64,000 bases of DNA from Eledone cirrhosa (taxonomy: Eukaryota). Under the pieces are notes generated by a model. The model searched no databases and had not been told where the DNA came from. It saw nothing but the letters and a program-made list of their open reading frames with translations. Shown piece by piece: positions 25,040 through 39,722 of this stretch. Each line of letters begins with the position of its first letter. The stretch's first letter is position 1. The DNA lies in NCBI GenBank assembly GCA_964016885.1, contig OZ024747.1:14198001-14262000 (forward strand), written 5' to 3'. The position numbers were made by a program, and so were the translations under genes.

Positions 25040-25113
25040 GACCGGTTAGTCCAGTCAGTTAAAGCGGCGTGCTAATAACGCGAATGTCGTGCGTCCGATT
25101 TCCATACTAGCCA
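25040..25113 (+). pseudogene. Degenerate tRNA-Ile(AAT) copy
   Basis: GACCGGTTAGTCCAGTCAGTTAAAGCGGCGTGCTAATAACGC...CGATTTCCATACTAGCCA follows metazoan tRNA-Ile-AAT, with mutated D and T loops (GTCCGA instead of GTTCGA). Confidence 0.75.
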
Positions 25114-25241
25114 GCTTTGAATTTCATATATATATATATATATAGAATACCTGATGACGGATAGTCTTGGCTTCTATTTCTAATTCTTCATTTTATTATA
25201 TAAACCATATTTGCAACAACACAGCTCGCCATTTTTCATTT

Positions 25242-25334
<93 letters not shown>

Positions 25335-25508
25335 CACACACTCACACATATATATATATATAGTGTAACTTGGAGTTACTGTAGGTTCACCAGGTAGAGC
25401 ACTCGATGTTTAGGTTCACTTCTGTGCCGAGGTGGGGAGCTAGACAGAGTGTATTATAGTAAAATAAAACAAGGACGATTGGTTACTCCTTCATTAAGTT
25501 TATTGGTT

Positions 25509-25585
25509 GGTGACGCGCGTTTCGCCACTGATTAGCTCAAGGTTCGATCTGTATCGATCTAGCCCGACTCTATAATCGTCAGACC
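25509..25585 (-). ncRNA. Hammerhead ribozyme motif with long, degenerate stem II
   Basis: Minus strand GGT-CTGACGA-(52 nt)-GAAA-CGCGCG-TC-ACC; palindromic stem III, GUC triplet. Confidence 0.6.
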
Positions 25586-25609
25586 GCTTACAATGGTAAT
25601 GAAAAAATG

Positions 25610-25827
25610 ATTATTGGTTTCTTATATCGGCACAAGGCCAGCAATTTTCGGGGGGGGGGGGGCATTAAATCAACCCCAGTACGTTACTGGTGCTTTATTT
25701 TATCGACCCCGTAAGGATGAAAGGCAAAGTTAACCTCGGCGGGATTTGAAGTCACATTAAAGGGCCGTAATTCTATGCTGCAAAGCATGATGGCCGACCT
25801 TCTACCAATACTACCAATCAACCGCCC
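25610..25827 (-). mobile_element. SINE
   Basis: Consensus match. Confidence 0.85.
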
Positions 25828-25832
25828 TTATA

Positions 25833-26544
<712 letters not shown>

Positions 26545-27037
26545 AAACCATTAAGGTTATTGGTTTAACGCACTAACATAAGGAAAGAGAAAACTTAATG
26601 TTTAACATGCGAATGATATGAACATACACCAACATATTTTGTCTGGTGCTTTATTTAATTCAATACAAAATACATTCTCAGTAAAATGTTGAACACCTCC
26701 CAACTTAAGCAAAGATTGGATATAAACCAGTAACCAACAGAGGCATGATTGAAACAGCCCTGCACCACACATTAGATGGGATGCGAACCCGTACTTATTT
26801 CCGAATAAAACATTTTCTATCGACTCTCGTACACCCCATAACCATTGTTTTAAGAGTGTAATATAGTGAATTGGTTATTATTAAAATACAAAATTCCTTT
26901 AGTGACTAGACCAGGGTACGAAACTGCAACGACATATATGACATTGCGATATATTTATTTTTATATGTAAGTACAATACTTATACTTGCCGAAGCCCGAA
27001 CCTCAATCGGATAATGTACAGAAAGCCGCACTTATGT

Positions 27038-27089
<52 letters not shown>

Positions 27090-27129
27090 GCACGCACACA
27101 CACACATACACACATATATATATACACAC

Positions 27130-27161
<32 letters not shown>

Positions 27162-27196
27162 GCATTTGTGCGTATCTAGTCTCTCTTTCTCCCCCC

Positions 27197-27227
<31 letters not shown>

Positions 27228-27302
27228 CATGTGTATGTATATGTGTGTGTATGTGTACAAATCTATAGGTGTGCGCATGTGGATATGTGTGTTTGCATCT
27301 GG

Positions 27303-27339
<37 letters not shown>

Positions 27340-28753
27340 GGTGCACACACACACAGGCATACACATACATGCACACACGTACATACACACACACACACAC
27401 ACATATATATATAATATATATAATATATGGCAAGCACAAAACTCAATACATTTAATACTTAAGCTTAAAAGCATTTCCATGCATTTTCCATATTTTCAGC
27501 AATAATAAATTATTTCTTTTCTCGCGATTCCTCCGAAGAAAGGGGAACCTTTCACAAGAGCCAACATGTTTTATATCTATACATACAAACCTGTTCCTAT
27601 AATTGTCCCTGCTTTATCAAAATTTAGTGGACAATGTTCCACTTAGATATATAATCGTATCTGGAGAAATTCTGCAAGGCTTCTCTGAATAGGAAACATA
27701 CATATACATGCAATTATACATGTGCTCCCGAAAAGTATAAGTGTGTGTATATATATGTCATATATATATATGAATGAATATATGCATACATAAATAAATA
27801 AATTTATCCGTTTGTGTGTTTATGTTTATGCATATTTATTTGTCTATAGATGTTAAAAGTATGAAACATAATAATAAAAAAAAATGTAAGAAACGAGTGA
27901 AGAATCGTGTTCTATTTATCAGTAAAATATACCCTTCTTCGTGAAGTCTTACATGGGCATGTATTATATTTTAAGAGTTTTGAGTCTTTATGCGAAGGAT
28001 AGATTTGAAAAGAAGCTTAAAAGGAATATGATTCGCACTAATGTAATTGGGCCCTTTCAATATTTATAACCCCCACCCCGGATTTATAGAAATAAATTCC
28101 TTTTAAAAGGTTATATGTAATTGTTGAAAACTGACCTTGGCAAGATTTAAACTCAGAATGTAAAGAACCCTAACTAACTATCACTAGATATGTTGGCTAG
28201 ATGTAAATGGCTTTACAGATTCTGAAACTTTAACACCTTCAACCTTCATCTAATATTGTTTGTCTTATAGTCACATGTTCAGAACTTTGGTGCGGTTAAT
28301 CGATTATATTGATACCAGTTCAAGATTGTTTTCCATTTTTTCGGAGTCTATAAAATAATGTATCAGTCCATGGTACAATTCAACTGATGGGGACCCGCAC
28401 AATTTCACTCAGAACTTTGGGTTGACCAAAGGTTATGGAAAAAGACACTATTACAAGCCACCATTATTGCTGAGAATGAAAAGCTATGTTAACATCGGTG
28501 GGGTTTAATCTCAGATCACAAAGAATCGTAACACAATATTTCTCATCATTTGGTTGAACTTGCTTGGAATTATTCGACTCACTCACGCCACCTATCTTTA
28601 TCCCACATAGAGATAGAGTTTCCTAGGATAGCAGGGCAACATCCAGTGTTCATACGTTGATCGATGAAGATTTTTACTAGACGGCCAACTTGAGTGTTTT
28701 TTTAACTTCGTGTCCATAGGTGTATATCTATCTCGTTCACTCTCTCTCTGTGA

Positions 28754-28785
<32 letters not shown>

Positions 28786-28787
<2 letters not shown>

Positions 28788-29080
28788 TTTGGGAGAGTCA
28801 TGTTGCCAATAAGAAACACACGCAAAAATGGCGTAGGACAGAAGAAAGGAAAGGCACAGAAACAAAGAAAGGAATCCCCAGTCACTGAAGAGGTCACAGA
28901 GTGTGTGACGAAAGGACTATGACTATATATAAACAACTATCTGGTTGTGGAACCAACCAACCAACCAGAAATTTATAAATTTGTAGATTTGTAGATTTAT
29001 AAATTTATAGATATATAATAAATTGAAGTGAAAGCAACTGGTGCGTGTGTTTCTTATTGGCAACATGACCCTCCCAAAGT
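28786..29080 (+). mobile_element. Penelope pLTR-like cassette with ~39-bp terminal inverted repeat, next to (TA)n
   Basis: ACTTTGGGAGAGTCATGTTGCCAATAAGAAACACACGCA is inverted at 29042-29080. Confidence 0.7.
28880..28924 (+). ncRNA. Type I hammerhead ribozyme motif
   Basis: AGTCA-CTGAAGA-g-GTCAC agagtgt GTGAC-GAAA-GGAC-TA-TGACT. Confidence 0.78.
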
Positions 29081-29146
29081 ATAACAATATCGGTTTCAAC
29101 ACACGATTTCAGATAAAGAATCTTGCCAAACAAATTCAGAAACGAA

Positions 29147-29229
<83 letters not shown>

Positions 29230-30007
29230 TATGAATGAATGCATGTAAGTTTGAAAGTATGCATTGGTGAATCCATTTGTATGTATATATATCGGCATAT
29301 ATATGTGTATATAATTTTGCATGAGTGTTTGTATGAATATAAATAATTTATGAACAACAAAATGAATCATTAGGACCATTTTACCTAGAGCTCTACTTTT
29401 GGCAATTCGTAAAGTGTCTAAGAATAGGATAAAGCATTCACTATATTAGTGTATATTACTTATTTGATTTCAGTAATCCAGTAGCGCTGTTGAGTTGATA
29501 TAAACGTAATTCTTTTCTTCACATACATACATACATACATACATACATACATACATACATACATACATACATACATACATACATACATAAATACATACAT
29601 ACACACACACACATACATACATATAGTATATATATATATATATGCTCTTTTTTAATATGCTTCACTTTATTGAAAAATTTCAATAAATTTCAGTTTTATT
29701 CATAACTGAAATTCGTCACACGATAACATTTCACGCCACATGTAATTCTCATTCCTATTTCTTTACCCACTCCCCCTGTCTGTGGCCAAAAATGCCTTGC
29801 GGTATTTGTTGTGGTTTTCTGCACAATGTGATCGAATCTCGGCTGAATCATCTTTGTTTTTTCACCTTTTCAGGGTATATAAAATATTGTATCGGTCCAT
29901 GATATATGCAATTCATCAGATTCTACAAATCACGTTGGAACAGAAAGCTAAAATAAAGCAAAACATTTCGTCCGATGTTCTAACGGTCTGTCACTCTACA
30001 GCCCTTA

Positions 30008-30780
30008 TAATAATCGTTTCTACTTTTGGCACAAGGCAAGCAATACTCAGTACATTACTGGTACTTTATTGTATCGACCCCGTATGGATGAAAGGCAAAG
30101 TTAACCTCGGCAGGATTTGAACTCACATCGTAAAGGGACGTAACTATGATGGAAAGCATGTCCGACTCTCTACCGATACTGCCAATTCACCGCCCTTATA
30201 ATAATGTTTTCCTGTATAAGTACAAAGCCAGAATTTTTGGTGAATATGTTACTCAATGTAATTATTTCCGGTACATTTTTTAAACTTTATTTTATCGACC
30301 ACAAAGGACGAACAGCAAACCTAACCTCGGTAGAATTTGAACTCAGAACGTAAAAAGCTGGAATAATACATTCCCCCGATGCTGCTTTTTGTCATTCCGA
30401 TCCCCTATGTTAATGGTTTCTAATTTAGTCACAGGGCTAAGAATATTAAGAGAAAAAAATCAATTAAACCGACCAGAATTCTTTACTAGTACTTTATTTT
30501 ATCGATCTGGAAGTATGAAAGGCAAAGTTGACCTCACTGGGTTTGAACTTAAAACGTAAAAAGATGGAAGAAATTCTGTAATACTCTGTGTCTGCTACTC
30601 CAACGATTCTTCCCTAAAAGAAAAGACTCAAAGCCACAAATTCGATTCATCGATTAAATCAACCCAAATATTTGATGGATATTTTATATTATCGACACCG
30701 GAGAAAAGAAAGAGAAAGTTCATCTTGTCGTAATTTGAACATAGAACGTAAAAGAAGGCTGTTTAATACCGGAAAGGTAT
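30008..30780 (-). mobile_element. Array of SINE copies of increasing divergence
   Basis: Four repeats of TTTTATCGA...AAAGTT.ACCTC...TTTGAAC. Confidence 0.75.
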
Positions 30781-31149
30781 GTTTTTCGTCTCTCTAACGA
30801 TTCTACAATCTTTTAACAGATTTAATGTGAAGATAGTTTTAAATAGAGAAAGAATGGCAAATTTAGGAAAATAATAAGACAAACACAAACACGAACAGTC
30901 AAACAAATATATATACATACATATACAAATATATAAAATACAAACTAGAACACACATAAACACACAAGAACACACATACGTATACACAGAAATAAAAGTA
31001 ACACAAACACACATGCAGGCAAGGACAAGAAAACATACAAACGCACAGAAACATGCATATATAAACTTTCATATATAAACACACACTTATGGACAAAAAA
31101 AGAAATAAAATAAAATATAATACTAATAGATACAGATAAACTCACAAAC

Positions 31150-31960
31150 CCACACACACATTTATTTACACACACATTCACTTACACACACACACACGGA
31201 TACAAATACACGTATTCACTTACACACACACATATTCACTTTCACACACACACGGATACAAATACACGTATTCACTTACACACACACACATTTATTTACA
31301 CACATATTCACTTTCACACACACACGGATACAAATACACGTATTCACTTACACACACACACATTTATTTACACTCATATTCACTTACACACACACACACG
31401 GATACAAATACACGTATTCACTTACACACACACACACATTTATTTACACACATATTCACTTTCACACACACACGGATACAAATACACGTATTCACTTACA
31501 CACACACACAGATTTATTTACACACATATTCACTTTCACACACACACGGATACAAATACACGTATTCACTTACACACACACACAGATTTATTTACACACA
31601 TATTCACTTTCACACACACACGGATACAAATACACGTATTCACTTACACACACACATATTCACTTTCACACACACACGGATACAAATACACGTATTCACT
31701 TACACACACACACATTTATTTACACACATATTCACTTTCACACACACACGGATACAAATACACGTATTCACTTACACACACACATATTCACTTTCACACA
31801 CACACGGATACAAATACACGTATTCACTTACACACACACACATTTATTTACACACATATTCACTTTCACACACACACGGATACAAATACACGTATTCACT
31901 TACACACACACACAGATTTATTTACACACATATTCACTTTCACACACACACATTCACTTA
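31150..31960. repeat. Minisatellite with ~55-73-bp variable unit (CACGGATACAAATACACGTATTCACTT core, ~11 copies)
   Basis: Directly visible tandem reiteration. Confidence 0.9.
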
Positions 31961-32335
31961 CACATACACACACATAGCCATTAACACAAACAAAACACAT
32001 ACACAAACAAAGATACACAAATAATGTAAAAAAAATATCAACAATAAATAATAAAAAAAATGACAAACATGAAGATACGATAGCACCAAGTATCCCACAT
32101 TTCTGGTCCTCCCCGTCCAACAAATGTCCCCACCCTACCATTCTCCACTACACGACACCACCACCGAAAGCAAATAAGAAATGAAAAGTGTTAATTAAAA
32201 TGTCTAAAGTAAAGAATGGAATAATAAAAGCTGTTGGCTTTAAGGAGGAAATTTATTTTGTCGTTTTAGAAAAGGACAAGATGTCTTCATTTAGAGCTGT
32301 TTCTTGTTTCTTTCTGGCTACTATTGTGAGATATA

Positions 32336-33420
32336 TGGTGGTGGTGGTGGTGGTAGTGTTGGTGTTGGTGGTGGTGGTGGTGGTGGTGTTGGTGTTGGTG
32401 GTGGTAGTGGTGATGGTAGTGTTGGTGTTGGTGGTGGTGGTGGTGTTGGTGTTGGTGGTGGTAGTGTTGGTGGTGGTGGTAGTGTTGATGTTGGTGGTGG
32501 TGGTGGTGTTGATGGTGGTGGTGGTAGTGGTAGTGGTGGTAGTGTTGTTGGTGGTGTTGGTGTTGGTGTTGGTGGTGGTAGTGGTAGTGGTGGTGGTGGT
32601 GGTAGTGTTGGTGGTCTTGATGTTGGTGGTGGTGGTGGTAGTGGTGGTGGTGGTGGTGTTGGTGTTGGTGGTGGCGGTGTAGGTGGTGGTGGTGGTAGTG
32701 GTGGTGGTGGTGGTGGTAGTGGTGGTGGTAGTGGTGGTGTTGGTGTTGGGGGGGGGTAGTGTTAGAGGTGGTGGTGGTGTTAGTGGTGGTGGTGGTGGTG
32801 GTGGTAGTGGTGCTGTTGGTGGTGGTGTTGATAGCGGTAGTAGTGGTGGTGGTGGTAGTAGTGGTGGTGGAGGCGGTGTTGGTGGTAATGGTAGTGGCGT
32901 TAGTGGTGGTCTTGGTGTTAGAGGTGGTGTTTGTTGGATGGTGGTGGGCTTTTGGTGATGATGGTGTTGAAGGATACAACGGTGGTGGAGTCGGTGTCAG
33001 CGGTGGTATTCGTTGTTGTTGGTGGTGGTTTTGGTTGATGGTGACTTTGGTGACGACGATGTTGGAGGTGAAAGCTGTGGTGTTGGTGTTGGTTGTATTA
33101 GTGATGATGTTTGTGGTTTTGTTGTTGTTGATGATGGTTTGTGTTGGTGTTGGTGTTGGTGTTTGTTAGTGGTGGGGATGTTAGTAGTGTTGGTGTTCTT
33201 AGTAGATATGTTAATGTTTGTGAGGTTTGTGTTGGTGTTGGTGTTGGTGTTGGTAGTGGTGGGGATGTTAGTAGTGTTGGTGTTCTTAGTAGATATGTTA
33301 ATGTTTGTGAGGTTTGCGTTAGTGATGCTGCTGCAGGAGGGTTTGTGGTGGAGGAGCTCTAGAGGTGGTGCTGGAAGTGATAATGTGCTTGCTGGTGTTG
33401 TTAATGTTGATGGTGTTGTA
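32336..33420. repeat. (GGT/GTT/GTA)n low-complexity tract
   Basis: Directly visible; the poly-V/G/H/T ORFs are artefacts. Confidence 0.95.
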
Positions 33421-33441
33421 GTGTTATTCCAGTCGTAATAA

Positions 33442-33630
33442 GGGCGGAGGATTGGCAGTATCGGTAGAGGGTCGGACGCCATGCTTTCCAGCATAGTTAC
33501 GTCCCTTTATGATCTGAGTTCAAATCCCGCCGAGGTTGACTCCGCCTTTCATCCTTACGGGGTCGATAAAATAAAGTACCAGTAATGCACTGAGTAATTG
33601 CTGGCCTTGTGCCTAAAGTAGAAACAGTTA
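33442..33630 (+). mobile_element. SINE
   Basis: Consensus match. Confidence 0.9.
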
Positions 33631-34144
33631 TTCCAGCCGTGACTATCCTGTCTTTTTCCTATATGCAGTGAACATAAAACCAAGATATCGAATGAGTTAT
33701 TTCTAAGACAAGACACAAATATATTGCTGAAAATAAAGTGTAAAGTAATGTGTATTTCTTAAATAATGGTTTCTTAGATAGGCACAAGGCCAGCAATTTA
33801 TTTTGGCGGGGGGAGGGGAAAATCGATCACCTTCATAACAGCCTCAACCCCCACCAACACAAGCACCTCGACAACCACCACCACCATCGCCGCCGTCACT
33901 ACCGTGCCCGTCATAACACCACCACCACCACCACCACAACCACCATCGCTGCCGTCACCACCGTGTCCGTCATACCAGCATCATCACCACCACACCACCA
34001 CCACCACCACCACCACCACCATCACCACCATCACTACGATTTCTATGGGTTTATATTTTCCTACAAGAAATGTTCAGGGTGGAACTTTCTAGAGTGCAAT
34101 TTATATTGAACTCCTCTCAGCCCCCCCCCCCAAAGTACACTTTG

Positions 34145-34533
34145 TATTATAGAGGAGGGGTCGTGACACGAGTGTGTTCGTATTATAGAGGAGGGTCGTG
34201 ACACGAGTGTGTTCGTATTATAGAGGAGGGTCGTGACACGAGTGTGTTCGTATTATAGAGGAGGGTTGTGACACGGATGTGTTCGTATTATAGAGGAGGG
34301 TCGTGACACGAGTGTGTTCGTATTATAGAGGAGGGCGTGACACGGGTGTGTTCGTATTATAGAGGAGGGTCGTGACACGAGTGTGTTCGTATTATAGAAA
34401 AGGGTCGTGACACGAGTGTGTTCGTATTATAGAGGAGGGTCGTGACACGAGTGTGTTCGTATTATAGAGGAGGGTCGTGACACGAGTGTGTTCGTATTAT
34501 AGAGGAGGGTCGTGACACGAGTGTGTTCGTATT
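34145..34533. repeat. 35-bp minisatellite, ~11 copies (GTATTATAGAGGAGGGTCGTGACACGAGTGTGTTC)
   Basis: Contiguous units with no spacers. Confidence 0.95.
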
Positions 34534-34752
34534 AGAAGTCTGGTTGATTTGAGCTGATCTGGTGTCAACACACATTGTAACTAACATTAGAAAAAGAATG
34601 AAATATCAAGTGTGTATTCTATCTGCAAGTGTGTACATAAATAGATTCACATCCCCCTGTCACTCGGATTCCGTATGTATGTATGTGACTAGATGTACGT
34701 GTGTCTCCCTGTATACGCGTGTATATATATATATATAAATTTTATATATATA

Positions 34753-34829
<77 letters not shown>

Positions 34830-35208
34830 ATATATATGTGTATATATGTGTATATATATATATATATGTATATGTGTATATATATATGTATGTATATATA
34901 TATGCATGTATATAGGTATGTATATATCTATTTGTATATATATGTATGTATATGTGTATATATTTATATATATATGTATGCATATATATATATGCATATA
35001 TATATGTATGCATATATATATGCGTATATATATATATATATAAATATCTTTATGTATATATATATATATGCATGTATATATGTATACACACACACACACA
35101 CGCACACACACACACACATATAGATCTGTGTGTGTGTTTGAATGAATTTCTGTTATTTAAAATGTGAGGGTAGTTACAAACCTCGTGTGTATGTATCTAT
35201 GTATGTAT

Positions 35209-35312
<104 letters not shown>

Positions 35313-35317
35313 GTATG

Positions 35318-35389
<72 letters not shown>

Positions 35390-35400
35390 TATGTATATAT

Positions 35401-35488
<88 letters not shown>

Positions 35489-35535
35489 GCATATATGTAT
35501 ATATATATATATATGTATATGTATATATACATATG

Positions 35536-35593
<58 letters not shown>

Positions 35594-35859
35594 TATATAT
35601 ATACATATAAATATATGTATGCATGTGTGTACGTGAGTGAGTACTTCCGTTTCTGTATACGTGTGTAGTTGTGTGTATGTCTGTATACTTCCGGTTCTCC
35701 ATGTATGTGTTTGGGTGTTTGTGTCCGCCATTCTTTATATTCTATTCTATAATGTCAACGTGTTAATAAATGCGAAAAGAAAACAAGGAAAAGGAAAAAA
35801 AAAAAGCAGACAATATAACCGGCTGAAAGATTCGATAGCCTATAGAATAGTGTAAATAA

Positions 35860-37070
35860 GAGAGGGGAAGAGTGATGGGGAAGGGGAGGAGGAGAAGGGG
35901 AAAGAAAGGAGGAGGAAAACAACAAGAAAACATGTAATAATAATAAGATGATGATGATGATGTAGAAGAAGGAGATGAAGAAGAAGGAGAAGAAGGAGAA
36001 GGAGGAGAAGGAGAAGGAGAAGAAGGAGAAGGAGGAGAAGGAGAAGGAGAAGAAGGAGAAGAAGGAGAAGAAGGAGAAGAAGAAGGAGGAGAAGAAGAAG
36101 AAGAAGAATGAACAGAATAAGAAGGAGGAGGAGGAGAAGACGTAAATAATAATAATAAGAAGAAGAGAGAGAAGAAGAAGAAAGAGAAGAAGAAGAAGGA
36201 TAATAATAAGAAGAAGTAGGAGAAAAAGAAGAAGAAGAAGAAGGAGAAGAAGGAGAAGAAGGAGAAGTAGGAGAAAAAGAAGAAGAAGAAGAAGGAGAAG
36301 AAGGAGAAGAAGGAGAAGAAGAAGAAGAAGAAGAAGAAAGAAAAGAAGAAGAAGAAGAAGAAGAAGAAGAAGAAGAAGAAGAAGAAGAATGAGAAGAATA
36401 AGGAGAAGAAGAAGAAGAATGAGAAGAATAATAAGAAGGAGAAGAATAATAAGAAGAAGAATGAGAAGCAGAAGAAGAAAGAGAATAATAATAATAATAA
36501 TAATAATAAGAAGAAGAAGAGAAGAATGAGAAGAATAAGAAGAAGAAGAAGGAGAAGAATAATAATAAGAAGAAGACGATGATGAGTAGGATAAACATTT
36601 CTAAAATAAAGGTGATGGGAGATGAGAAGCAAGAGGAGGAGAAGAAAGATGTGAAAGAGAAGAGGAAGAAAAAGAAGAAAAAGCAGGAGGAGAAGGAGAA
36701 GTAAAAGAAAGATGGGAAGATGGAGAAGAAGTAAAGGAGGAAGGAGAAAATAAGAGGAGGTGAAGGAAGAAGATGGAGGAAAAGAAAAGAAAGAAGAAAA
36801 TGGAGGAAGGAGAAAATAAGAGGTGAAGAAAGAAAAGAAAGAAAAGAAAGAAAAGAAAGAAAAGAAAGAAAAGAAAGAAAAGAAAGAAAAGAAAGAAAAG
36901 AAAGAAAAGAAAGAAAAGAAAGAAAAGAAAATGGAGGAAGGAGAAAATAAGAGGTGAAGGAAGAAGAAAATGGAGGAAGGAAGACAGAAGAATGAGAAGA
37001 AGAAAAGAACGACAAAAGAAACAAGAGAAAGGAAGGAAGTAAAGAAAGAAGCAAAGAAAGTTTGAGACAA
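35860..37070. repeat. Polypurine (GAA/GGA/GAAAA)n tract
   Basis: Directly visible. Confidence 0.95.
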
Positions 37071-37412
37071 AGCCAAGGCAGTAGTCGGAAGTGAGAAGAA
37101 GTAGGGAATATAAACCGACATTGACACTCTGGGAAGCAGTAAAGAAATAACAACAACAACAACAACAACATATTGAGGTCCTCCCAGTACCCTCCACCCC
37201 TTCACTTCCTCCCCCACTGACCCATGCACACATCCTCATCTATTCAGTTGTTATAATATAACAATAATAGCAAATAACAACAACAACAATTACGTCATCA
37301 ACAACAGCAACAATAGCAAAAATCAAATATGAAACGAAATATAAATATATAAAAGAAGCAAAAAATATGGCGATTTTAGAGTTTCGGCCTCAATTTGCAT
37401 ATTGCTATCATA

Positions 37413-38352
37413 ATAATTGTTTCTACTTTTGGCACAAGGCCAGCAATTACCCCCAGTGTATTACTGGTACTTTATTTTATCGACCCCGTAAGGATGAAAG
37501 GCAAAGTTAACCTCGGTGGGATTTGAACTCAGTCCGTAAAGGGACGTAACTGTGCTGCAAAGCATGGCGCCCGACCCTCTACCGATACTGCCAATTCACC
37601 GCCCTATTGCCAATTCACCGCCCTATTGCCAATTCACCGCCCTATTGCCAATTCACTGCCCTATTGCCAATTCACCGCCCTATTGCCAATTCACTGCCCT
37701 ATTGCCAATTCACTGCCCTATTGCCAATTCACCGCCCTATTGCCAATTCACTGCCCTATTGCCAATTCACCGCCCTATTGCCAATTCACTGCCCTATTGC
37801 CAATTCACTGCCCTATTGCCAATTCACCGCCCTATTGCCAATTCACTGCCCTATTGCCAATTCACCGCCCTATTGCCAATTCACCGCCCTATTGCCAATT
37901 CACTGCCCTATTGCCAATTCACCGCCCTATTGCCAATTCACTGCCCTATTGCCAATTCACCGCCCTATTGCCAATTCACCGCCCTATATTGCTATCATAA
38001 TAATAGTTTCTTATATAGGCATAAGGCCAGCGATTTTGGGGGAGGGGGGGAAAGTCGATTAAATCGACCCAAGTGCGTGACTGGTACTTTATTTTATCGA
38101 CCCCGTCAGAATGAAAGGAAGAGTTAACCTCAGCGGGATTTGAACTCAGATCATAAAGGGCCGTAACTCTATGCTGCAAAGCATGGTGTCCCACCCTCTA
38201 GCGATACTGTCAATCCACCGCCGTTGCTATCATAATAATTGTTTCTACTTTAGGCACAAGGCCAGCAATTCACCAGTGCATTACTGGTACTTTATTTTAT
38301 CAACCCCGTAAGGATGAAAGACAAAGTCAACCTCGGCGGGATTTGAACTCAG
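37413..38352 (-). mobile_element. SINE cluster (37413-37603, 37998-38222, 38233-38352)
   Basis: Consensus matches. Confidence 0.9.
37589..37987. repeat. 19-bp minisatellite (TGCCAATTCAC(C/T)GCCCTAT) x ~21, derived from the SINE 5' end
   Basis: Unit equals the reverse complement of the SINE head plus flank and is contiguous with the SINE at 37413-37603. Confidence 0.95.
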
Positions 38353-39049
38353 TTGCTATCATAATAATATTCATTTTTAACAGAGGCATAAAGTCAGAAA
38401 TAGCAGGTTGACTGATAAAATGACAAGTCAGTCAATCATATTGGTGGCTTCTCCATAGCTCCGGCGTTTCCCCGGAGGACGGCAAGGAAGATGCGCTGGA
38501 AGAGCCATTCCAGCACGCGAGGCTCACACCTGCGGCTGGTCAGCTCAGTGCCTATGGTGGTTAGTAGGGAGGTAGCCCTAGGGCCGAGGACACCAGAAGT
38601 CTCCACTGCTGAGGGTACAACCGCAAACCTGTCGGAAAGCGACCGGTATTTGGAGAGTCATAAATTTGCGAGAAACATGTAGTCGATGAAAATAACTCCA
38701 GTACTTGACTGGTACTTTACATAACTCCATACATGACCAGTACTTGACTAGTACTTTATTTTATCGACATCAGAACGATATAAGACAAAGTTGACCTCGG
38801 TGAGATTTGAACTCAGAGCGTAGAAATCGTAAATAAATACCGCAAAGCATTTTGTTCGACACGACACCGACTCCGCCAACCCCCCGCCCTTACCAACATA
38901 ATTGTTTATACTTTTGGCACAAGGATAGCAATATGAAGGGAAGAGGAAAGTTGATTAATTCGACACCCGTGTTTTACTAGTACTTTATTTCATCGATCCC
39001 GTAAGAACAAACAATAAAGATAACCCCAGTAGCATTTAAAAGCAGGAAA

Positions 39050-39158
39050 AAAAAATTATTGAATTCTTCACGAATTTGTTTATCCTCATTCTGCAAGGGC
39101 CATGCTAATCTTCTTTATATCGTTCCAACTTTAGTATCTGTACTGCCGTAGCAAATAC
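39050..39158 (-). pseudogene. U6 snRNA pseudogene
   Basis: Minus strand GTATTTGCTACGGCAGTACAGATACTAAAGTTGGAACGATATAAAGAAGATTAGCATGGCCCTTGC...CAAATTCGTGAAG...TTTT; the ACAGAGA box is mutated to ATAAAGA. Confidence 0.9.
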
Positions 39159-39514
39159 AACTTAGAACTTTAAGTGATATAAATATCGCAAGTTATTTCG
39201 TCAGACTCTCTAACGAGTCTGCTAATCTTGATTTTGAACACAAGAATACACACATATAAGAGAAGGGGTTAGTCGATTAAATCAATCCAAAGTATTTTAC
39301 ACTGTTACGATATGATATCGACTGGAGGGGTTTGGACTTAGAATGGAATGGTTTATAACCGGCATGCATTTTTCCGATGCTTGATGTATTATAAGTTTAC
39401 ATAGCAATGGGTTGCGGTAGTAGTAGCCTTCATTGCTGTGTTGTTTAAGCCCAGGCCAATCTGTAGCGAATGGTTTTCTAGTCATGACTATGCCATTATT
39501 TTCAGGCATTATGG

Positions 39515-39722
39515 GTGGTTAATTGGCATCGGACACCATGATTTGTGGCATAGAGTTACAGCCCTTTACGTTCTGAGTTCAAATCCCGCCGAGGTTAGCT
39601 TTGCCTTTCATCCTTACGAGGTCAATAAAATAAAACACGAGTAATGCACTGGAGTCAATTTAATCGACTATCCCCCTTCCCTTCAAATTTCAGGCCTTGT
39701 GCCTAAATCAGAAAGAATTATT
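39515..39722 (+). mobile_element. SINE
   Basis: Consensus match. Confidence 0.8.

Noticed and set aside
25150-25170. CCTGATGACGGATA as the missing 5' half of the palindromic family
   Set aside because: The match is too short and the downstream sequence is unrelated.
32188-33494. Poly-V, Gly-rich and His/Thr-rich ORFs
   Set aside because: A (GGT)n-type tract is open in many frames; no non-repetitive coding signal.
34145-34533. CRISPR-like 35-bp repeats
   Set aside because: No spacers, no cas genes, eukaryotic context.
35763-37239. 488-aa and 443-aa F/S/L-rich ORFs
   Set aside because: Reverse complement of the polypurine tract.
37552-38127. PIANSPPYCQFTALL repeat ORFs
   Set aside because: Product of the 19-bp SINE-derived minisatellite.
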